Below are positions 55,720 to 64,000 of a stretch of DNA of 64,000 nt, piece by piece; the first letter of the stretch is position 1; each line of letters opens with the position of its first letter. The stretch is taken from positions 6,076,001 to 6,140,000 of the forward strand of contig JAQFVV010000010.1 of assembly GCA_028023455.1 (NCBI GenBank). The letters run 5' to 3'. The translations under genes and the position numbers were made by a program. A model generated the notes under the pieces. It did no database searches. It was not told where the DNA came from and worked only from the letters and a program-made list of their open reading frames with translations. The DNA is from Epiperipatus broadwayi (Eukaryota; Animalia; Onychophora).

Positions 55720-56060
55720 CCAACTAGTGCTAGCCATGGTAATTAATGAATACTAGAAGGTTTGTGCATCAGAATCTCTATCTAATGCTACTCATCCAAT
55801 ATCCAGACTAGTTTATAACTTGTGGCTTTCATTAGCGAAGAGGCTTGGATCTGAGAGCACTGCACCTAATCTTCTCCAGAAGCCATCTTTTTTTCTATTT
55901 CGCTAAATATAAAGTCATACAGATCTGAACTTAACTTCAGTGTCTATAAATTTTAGCAAGTTTGGTTTTTTAATAGCTAGTCACTATCATCCTTTAGCCA
56001 GATATGGTATTAAACCACTAACACGTCACATGACCACCATTTCTTATGTTTACATAATTG
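55720..56060 (-). mobile_element. Near-full monomer of the hammerhead repeat family in Tango1 intron 1
   Basis: Minus strand: tail motif, spacer, body, CTAATGA aagccacaagtta TAAACTAGTC TGGATATTGG. Boundaries approximate. Confidence 0.75.
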
Positions 56061-57479
56061 GCAGTAGTGCCACCCAACTTTACCATGTCCAATATTTAAT
56101 ATTAGACATTTAATATCAAATAGTTCTCACAATTCATGCAATTTCTTTCACTTTAAAGTGATTTACAATTATAGATAGCTAAAGGAAAGATTATCATTGA
56201 ATGATAATCTAGGTCAGTAACCACCAGATCCTTCATCATCTGACATCGATTGTTATGGCTGCCCTGGCTGCTGATTTAAAAGCTTCCAGAAAAAGTGCCA
56301 TAATTTAGTTTTGTCTATTACTATTGTAAACACACACACACGCACAACCATTCATTTTGCCTTCAATTAAATCCAAATTTAAAATCTATCATGCATCAAA
56401 GAAAAAAAACCATGTTATTTTTGCCTTAAACTCGAATGTAAAAGTCAGTGAAATTAGCATACTAATGAAGCATATTGGTGAGCAGTCTATCCATGTTTCT
56501 TTCAATTCCATCATAATAAAGGCTATAAAGATAAAAATATATAGAATGAATTTTAAAAATCTGCCCTTATTAGTTCACTCGAGGTTTCAAAGAGAAATCG
56601 GTACCTCATTTTTGTTAGTTAATAGCAAACTCCTTTTTTGAGAGTTATTTTATAATCAATGCATCAAAATTCATATCATCAACTATTGCAAACTTTATTC
56701 TCCAGCCAAAAATTACATATCGAAAATTAATCTTTAAGGGAAGAAGCACGACTGAATCTCTCTTTTCCTCCGTTAATTTTTGAGTTATTTTCTGGTACTA
56801 TGTACAGTATTGGAAAATCGTATCGTAAATCTGATAATTACTTTTCTATTTTTTCATTATTTGCGCATAGCAAGAAGATATTAAAAGGTCAATATTTCTA
56901 AGACTTTATTCTTAAAATCAGATTCTAAAAAATAATTGCAATTGAAAAAAAATTAATATTTATTTTATTACAATTAATTTTTAAAATTTTATTTTTTCCA
57001 AAGCGCAGACTAGTCAGCTGTTTATATCTGGAAACATGAAGCCTAAACAGCCTAAACAGTGATTACTTAAGTATAGCTCCCTCCCTCCCTACATGTATAG
57101 TTGCTACTTGGAAAAATTAACATCCCTTTTTCCTATATTCTCACAGTCACTTAAACAGTTGAGTTAGCATCTGAGTTACACCAGTATAAAATCTCATTTC
57201 CTGATCTACATATATTACTACTGTAGTTTCTTCTCCTTGGAAAGCATATTTCCTGGTATACTTTCCCATATAATAATAAAAACTTTAAAGCAACTATTAA
57301 TTTTTAAATTATCAAAAACTATTAATTTTAACCGTTTTCACAGAAATTACAAATAAAAATATTTTTTCTCATTGTACAATTAAACAAAACTCTGCCGAAA
57401 AATATTCAGTAATCAACAAGTAATAAACAATTAATACAATTATCTACAGATAATTGTCACATTCTTGATATAAACTTAC

Positions 57480-57585
57480 TCAGACATTGTCTATCAAAGC
57501 ACAAACGATAATTTGCTACAGCAGCATGGGAATACTTAAAAAAACTTAAAATAAATAATAGTAATAAAAACCTGCAAGCCGCCAT
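57480..57585 (-). CDS. Tango1: Tango1 exon 1: MAACRFLLLLFILSFFKYSHAAVANYRLCFDRQCL, signal peptide and first Cys pair of the MIA domain
   Basis: ATG at 57585, hydrophobic leader, C-x-D-x2-C motif, donor A|gtaagt (phase 1); 106 nt. Not in the ORF track. Confidence 0.88.
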
Positions 57586-57608
57586 AACAGCTCCGCATAA
57601 AAACTTTG

Positions 57609-57620
57609 GACACGTCATCT
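57609..57620 (-). promoter_or_regulatory. CRE/UPRE-like element GATGACGTGTCC just upstream of the Tango1 ATG
   Basis: Minus strand reads GATGACGTGTCC about 25-35 nt 5' of the ATG, in one of the few CpG-retaining stretches; resembles XBP1/CREB3(CrebA)-type bZIP sites. Confidence 0.5.
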
Positions 57621-57817
57621 TTAATAATAAATAATTTTTTGAGGTTATTTCGTCACTTTTACTTTATTATAGTTTCTAATTTAAATAAACACTTTTATCT
57701 CCCCCAACATTTTAAGATGATTATTATCTCATTTTTAAATTATTGAGCTTTAAGCTAAACTTGTTAGCGAGATTTATCTTTTTGTAAAGTTTATGTGAAA
57801 TATTCAAGTCAAAGTAA

Positions 57818-58622
57818 AATTATTTTATATTTTGTAAATTCTAAATGTATAATTTACTTAGATAATATGACATTGTTGTTATATTTAAACTTTAATTTTA
57901 AATGCGAGTAATACAATATTAAACAAATGCGCATAAAGCACTTTTTTTTTGTTGTATGAGAAGAGTATATAACTTAGAAATCTTAGGTTCTCTAAAATAA
58001 ATTTTAATTATATTTGTCATTTTTATATAGCCATTTGGCAACAAATATTTTTAGGCAACGGTCTTAATCAGATTTCCAAGTTTCTATTAACAAACAAAAA
58101 AAATGTTTAGATATTTTATTAAAGGCTCTTTCAATTAGAATTATCAGAGTAAAACAAAAATAGATTTAAAATGCTTTCTTAACTATGATGAAATCACATA
58201 TCTTAAATTAATTTGTCTAGTTCAGCGCATTCATGTTAAAGTAAAATTGCTATACATTTTGTAAGTTCTAAATTTATAATTTACTTATTAGATAAAATGA
58301 CTTGCTATATTTAAATTTTAAATTGTTTCGAAGAAAATTTAGCGAGTAACACAGTATTAAACGCGCAGAAAACATTTTTTCTTTGTCGTAAGAGAAGAAG
58401 CCTATACTTGGAAATCTTAGGTTATCTAAAATAAATTTTAATTGTTCGCTATTTTTACATAGTCATTTGATTTCCAAGTTTACATTATCAACAAAAAACT
58501 GGTTTAGATATATTATCTAAGGCTCATCCAAATATAATTATGGATTTAATATAACATTGTATATGCTTTCCTAACTGCTGAAATCATATAGCTTAAATTA
58601 ATTTGTCTAGCTCAGCGCATCT
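57818..58622. repeat. Diverged tandem duplication, 2 x ~400 bp, upstream of Tango1
   Basis: Shared blocks aaagtaaaatt, gcgagtaa.aca.tattaaac, cttagaaatcttaggtt.tctaaaataaattttaatt, cttaaattaatttgtctag.tcagcgcat. Confidence 0.85.
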
Positions 58623-61093
58623 AACTTAATGCATCAGTTCGGATTCTATGAGGTAGATATAAAAAATTATTGGCTTGTTATTTTATTATTTACTGTGATA
58701 ATCATAAAAGATACCAATAAGTCTAACACTGCTGTTCCTATCAATAAATGATGCGATTATCCTAAATGAATTTGCTCTTTGTTTGCAATGCATTCTAAAT
58801 GAGTTATGGTGGAATCCTTATATATTTTATTCCAAGGCTCACACACATATATCATATTGCAGAATATTATTTACTGTATTGGAAAGTGTATAATGCTTTT
58901 CAACCTGCTTACATAGATATTTATGGTTTTTATGTGTATAGTATACCTGAATAAATTAGGATTATAGCATAAAAAAATGATATTTAGCTATAAATGGAAA
59001 TTTGAAAAAACACATTGTGGTTGTATCCATTTATTCATTAAAAAACTAAAAAATTAGTCTGTGTTTTTATTTTTTTAAATAAAATGAGCAATGAAATATT
59101 CTTTAAAAACCCTCTGGATAATACTCTTCATTTAACGACCTTTTTTTCTATGAAAACAAAATAGTATTATTATCGGCAATTTGGTTATTTTGGTGTTTTA
59201 ACATCTGTATTGACTTTGGAATCTATGTGTTACCCCTATTTAAGAAAGATACTTTACAAATTTTCTAAATTTCATAAAGCTAGTTTTATCCTTGGATTTT
59301 TATTACATGAAATACTGCGCTTATCAAAAAGATTTAGAAGGATTATGTTTCATATTCAATTCAGGAGAAATATGTATGCAGTATATGATTTCAATGTAAT
59401 GCAAAGAAACATTATTAATAAATGTGCAATGCAGTGCTTCAGGATGAAAAATGACTGCTACCACTTTGTAAAATTGATTAAATTTACAAGTATTTAATGT
59501 TTTATTTAATTTTTTTGTTGTTGTTGTTGTTGTTTATTTACATTGGTAGTGTATTATTAAAATAGTGTATATCATTGTATATAGCAGTAATGATAACATT
59601 CAGAGTATTAAACCATACTTAGCATCACAAAATCATTGACTAGATATTATGTGATAAATTAATATAATGTATAAGTGGTTATAGGCAAACACAAATATAT
59701 TAAATGGAAAAAGTATCTGATGAGCATAAAATCTTTCACATCAAGAATTCACTCTGGTTTGTCTATAATTAAATAAATTCATAAATGTAATATTATTGGA
59801 TTAAATAAAGTTTTAAAATATAACATTTATATATAATGCATAACATTATATGGCTATGAGAATAGAATCATAAATATTTCATACTGATCAAGCATTAATG
59901 TGACATCTTTTATCGTAAAATCAATTCAAATTTAGGAAATAGTATCTTGTCTTAAATTGCAGAACTATATGTGTGGTAATAAAAAATAATGAATACTCTT
60001 TATAGTTTTTAGAAAAAACTAAACTGGCAGGCATGCCTTAAGTAGGGTCTTGAAGAATTTAATCCAGGTTATCCAAGTAGCTGGCTAATATGAGTTGAAT
60101 TAACGTCAATTACTCTGGTGAATATGTCTGGGCTTACTACTTAACAGATCTTATCATTACAGTGCATAATTGTTTGAACTAAAGTTTAAGAATGCAATAG
60201 AACTAACATTTTTGGTCCTGAACTTCTGATTATAATGGAAAAGGATAAATTTAATTTGAATAATCAACATGAAGACAAAAATACAATTGATTATGCAGCT
60301 GAGCTCCAGAGATTATCTTAGGCCTATGATTTTAAGCATTTCTGGAGGAGGCATTCAGAGATTGTTTTACATATGGTATGCGGGATACAAATTATGGATA
60401 CCAATACAACATTTAATTCAAACACCTTTCAAGCAAGATATGGCTAACAGCTATTATTTTTATTTAAAATATCAGTCCAAAATATATTGATGAGCTCGAT
60501 AAAAACATAATGAAAGAACAAGTGTCTGTTTAGTTCTGATTGCAAATAAATATTATGTAAAATCACAAATAAATAAAAAACTTGCTATTGTTATAAAAGA
60601 TCTCACACAGCCAGTCAGTGTTCACATATAACAATGTGTTGTTTATTCCAATGAAAGTGATGCATTGTAATTGCCTTCATATCAAAAAAGAAATGAGTAA
60701 AACAAAGATGGCAGTTGCTTAACATAGAGCATTCAGAAATGTCATCTTTTAAGATGCAAGTCATTATTAGCAGTATTTTTATAAAAATGTTGATTGATAT
60801 CGGCTCTGATGTTCTTCATTATTTATATTGTGCAAAAATAAAAAGCAAAGGGCAGTATTCCATCTGAAATATAAATTATTAATGACTATCAAAGCAAATT
60901 AAAACTGACAGTCACAAGAGACTAAACACATATAAACCACTAAACATCACATGATCACCATCTCTATACTAGCACATAATTGTTGTAAACAAAGGCAAAA
61001 CTCTCCATACAGTAGTGCCACCCTGTGCCAAACAGAATAATCAATGGATGCCAGAAGGCTTGTGCGTAAAATCTCTATCTAGTGCCTACTCAT

Positions 61094-61148
61094 CCAATAT
61101 CCCCAGACTAATTTCTGGCTTGTGGCCATCATCAATGAGGAGCCTTGG
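61094..61148 (-). ncRNA. Type I hammerhead ribozyme motif (C3U and C15.2U variants)
   Basis: CCAAGGCTCCTCA TTGATGA TGGC-CACAA-GCCA GAAA TTAG TC TGGGGATATTGG; stem I pairs cctca/tgggg and ccaa/ttgg across an internal loop. Confidence 0.75.
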
Positions 61149-61618
61149 ATCTGAGAGCACTGCACCTAGATTTTAGGATCTAATGCAACCTCCAGAAGCC
61201 ACCTTTTAACTCTACTTTACTACAAAACTATGAGAATGAAATTGGAAAACACAATAATATTTTCAATCTAAGCTCAGTAGCTTATATAGTCATATGGGTC
61301 TGAACTCAATTCAGCACCCATACATTTTGGTGTCTTTGGCTAGTATAGAGATGGTGATCATGTGATGTTTAGTGGTTTAACACCAATCCTGCCTAATAGG
61401 ATAGTGGTGGCTATGGTTTTTTAAGAGCCAAAGACACCAAAATGTATGGGTGCTGAATTGAGTTCAGACCCATATGACTATATAAGCTACTGAGCTTAGA
61501 TTGAAAATATTATTGTGTTTTCAATTTCATTCTCATAGTCTTGTAGTAAAGTAGAGTTAAAAGGTGGCTGGTGGAGGGTTGCATTAGATCCTAAGATCTA
61601 GATGCAGTGCTTCCAAAT

Positions 61619-61673
61619 CTAAGGCTCTTCACTGATGGTGGCCACAAGCCAGAAACTAGTCTGGGGATATTGG
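61619..61673 (+). ncRNA. Type I hammerhead ribozyme motif (A9G variant)
   Basis: CTAAGGCTCTTCA CTGATGG TGGC-CACAA-GCCA GAAA CTAG TC TGGGGATATTGG; predicted cleavage after GTC 61659-61661. Confidence 0.75.
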
Positions 61674-62152
61674 ATGAGTAGGCACTAGATAGGGATTTTA
61701 TGCACAAGCCTTCTGGCATCCATTGATTACTCTGTTTGGCACAGGGTGGCACTACTGTATGGCAAGTTTTGCCTTTGTTTAAACACATAATTGCCATTGT
61801 TAGTAGCATAGCAACTTAATGAGCTGTAAGTGGTTCAAGCCCCTAGGTTATACTTTAGTGAATGTGAATCAATTCTCTAATGTTTATATGAAGTAAAATT
61901 GGGATTGTTATCAAGATACATTTGTTTGTACATATATATAGTCTTTTAGCTGTTGAATATCACTCTTTCTGTTAAAAACTAATGTTTTCGAAGAGTCAAA
62001 CAGATTACATGCTAATGGCGCCATTGAATCATTACTTCAGGGTGAATGAGATATACTTATTGTACTTATTAGAAAAAAATGTATATGTGGAGATTCATTA
62101 ACTAAGACTTGCTCAATAATTACCCTTATCTTTAAATAGACATTTACTTTTC

Positions 62153-62445
62153 ACAGAGGCTAAACTCTTCATACAGTAGTGCCACCAATGCAAGCCAGAG
62201 TAATCATGGATGCAAGAAGGTTTGTGCATAAAATCTCTGGTGCCTACTCATTCATTATCCCCAGCTTGTGGCTTTCATCAATGAGGAGCTAGAAACTAGT
62301 CTGGATATTGGATAAGGAGGCACTAGATAGAGACTTCATGCATGAACCTTGCATCCATTGATTACTTTGGCTTACACTGGTGGTACTACTGTATGGAGAG
62401 TTTAGCCTCTGAGTAAACAGCTTGTGTAAGCATAAGAAAGCAGAC
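62153..62445. mobile_element. Two-armed, internally deleted copy of the hammerhead repeat family
   Basis: cagaggctaaactc...gagtttagcctctg inverted ends; split ribozyme halves (TTGATGA on -, GAAACTAGTC on +). Confidence 0.75.
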
Positions 62446-64000
62446 AAAATATTTTTAAAAATTTGACTTTTATGCATGCTTTCTTCAAATATTAGTTGAT
62501 GATGAAGCCTCAACAGCACTAGCCATTAATGGATAGTTAATTAATTAATGGATAATTAGAATTTGGAATCTTGATCGGTCCAGTCATTCCTGTGTCTGGT
62601 TGATCAACTTGCTGCTAGAATGCTGAGAAGGCATTCTCTATTTTGATGATTTCTGGATAATGGCTAAAAACACTTCTGAATACTACCAAAAAGCTTTTTA
62701 ATAAATCTAAAGAGAACAAAATTAACATTGTAGGGAACATTTTTCATCAAAAATAAAATAAATGCTGTATTAAAATGAAAAACGCTCGTGAACAAAAGAA
62801 AATATCCATACTTTTTTCTGGGATACATTAATTATTATGAAAGTTTTATTCAATACAAAACTGAAGCTCCTAAATTATTTTATCAGCTGCTAAATTAAAA
62901 AGTTGACTGGAAATGAGCAATAAACACAAACAAGCTGTTATCATATCAAAAAAATTAATAGCCAATTTAAAGTGGTTAGTTCTTTATGATAAAAAGATAG
63001 AATTGGTCTTGGGTGTGATGCTTATTCTAGGTATCTCTGAACAGTTTTAGCTCACCATAACAGATAAGCATGACCTATGCATTTATATCTCACAGTTTGA
63101 GTAAATTATTCTTAGAGAAATTTGCATTGATTTCAGGTATTAAAAAATTCTATTAATATTTTTATGAAAAATGGTTCTTATTATAAATTTTTCAAAATTG
63201 TTTTTTTTTATCTTTTTTTAATTTTTCAATATTTAATTTTTTTTCTTAGATGATATTTTTTTAATTTTATATTTATAAATAAACAGTTATTCACCATATT
63301 TATATTTGTGGTCTGTTAAAATACTTGGCAGTTTAAAGAAATTAAACTCATTAATAGGTGTTATTACGGCTTTATTACATCTGTGTATATATTATTTTAA
63401 TTATATTAACAGCAAAGTATGTTTCAGTCACACATTATATTCAAATAATATTTTACTTTGATGTCATTCTTAAGTGCATAATGAAATCATTTCAAAAACA
63501 CAATTGAACAGATGAAACATGTTTTCCCATTATTATAAAATAAACACATATTTGTTTCTAAACTTTTTTTTACATTATGATATTAATAATGTAGTACATT
63601 TTTACATATAATAAATGATTAAGCTAAAGAATTAAATTCTTGATTATAGTTTGTAGACACTATAATTTATACATATATAATACATATAAATGACGATATC
63701 CAGATTCATCTATTATATAATTAGTAATATTATCAACTGTTAATGAATATTATTATAAAAAATAATGCAGAGATTCTGCAAGCATTGATATATCACAAGA
63801 TTAATGATTAAACCAATAAAAAAGTAGGACAAATTTTAAATCTAAAAGTTGATTTGAGATTATAGTAGATGAGAAAATCAAAACTATTCAGACTAATGGT
63901 TTTTAAAGAATTTTTTCAAATGGAAGACAATTTCCTTGTATTCTTTTTGTTGATACAAACTGGTTTTTTAAAGATCTCGATGGCTTTTTCAATTTTTCTT

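Larger units (their letters stand above)
2892..57585 (-). other. Tango1: Tango1/MIA3 gene span (5' part; 9 coding exons in window, 3' exons lie beyond the left edge)
   Basis: Exons join in frame with GT-AG sites (phases 1,0,0,1,0,0,1,0) into signal peptide + MIA-type SH3 (RLCFDRQC...KSAG...LWCG...GYFPK) + ~900-aa acidic luminal region + hydrophobic segment + coiled coil, the known TANGO1 architecture. Confidence 0.9.
60933..61780. mobile_element. Hammerhead-ribozyme repeat (retrozyme/Penelope-type non-autonomous element), best-preserved copy with two head-to-head arms
   Basis: ~350-bp inverted arms (60987-61340 vs 61426-61780), 9-bp TSD aaacacata (60924-60932, 61781-61789), a hammerhead motif in each arm. 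Confidence 0.85.

Noticed and set aside
59210-59497. 95-aa plus-strand ORF as a possible divergent neighbouring gene
   Set aside because: No recognisable domain or convincing splice sites; likewise for ORFs at 56357 and 60269.
61352-61385. Family tail tgtttagtggttta resembles a Pol III A-box
   Set aside because: No B-box at a suitable distance and no tRNA fold; behaves as a terminal tail, so the family is not called a tRNA SINE.

Overview
Very AT-rich animal (invertebrate-type) genomic DNA. Most of the window (57585 down to at least 2892, minus strand) is one spliced gene that I identify as Tango1/MIA3, the ER-exit-site cargo receptor. I traced nine coding exons with GT-AG junctions and consistent phases (3408 nt, 1136 codons): signal peptide, MIA-type SH3 domain, long acidic luminal region with internal tandem repeats, a hydrophobic membrane segment and the start of the coiled coil. 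The gene continues beyond the left edge. The introns and the upstream region are full of mobile DNA: a 3062-bp hAT/Charlie transposon (15-bp TIR, 8-bp TSD), a Merlin-like element, RTE and I-group LINE fragments, a tRNA-derived SINE and decayed Penelope-like (RT + GIY-YIG) elements. The most notable observation is a dispersed repeat family (about 11 copies) whose ~455-nt, circularly permuted unit carries a type I hammerhead ribozyme (CUGAUGA-stem II-GAAA-CUAG-UC). It inserts as head-to-head inverted arms with a one-sided ~50-nt tail and 8-13-bp TSDs, which fits a retrozyme or non-autonomous Penelope-like element. No single copy has a fully canonical core, but the two arms of the best insertion (60933-61780) together reconstruct one. 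All calls were made by eye; degenerate repeat boundaries are approximate.
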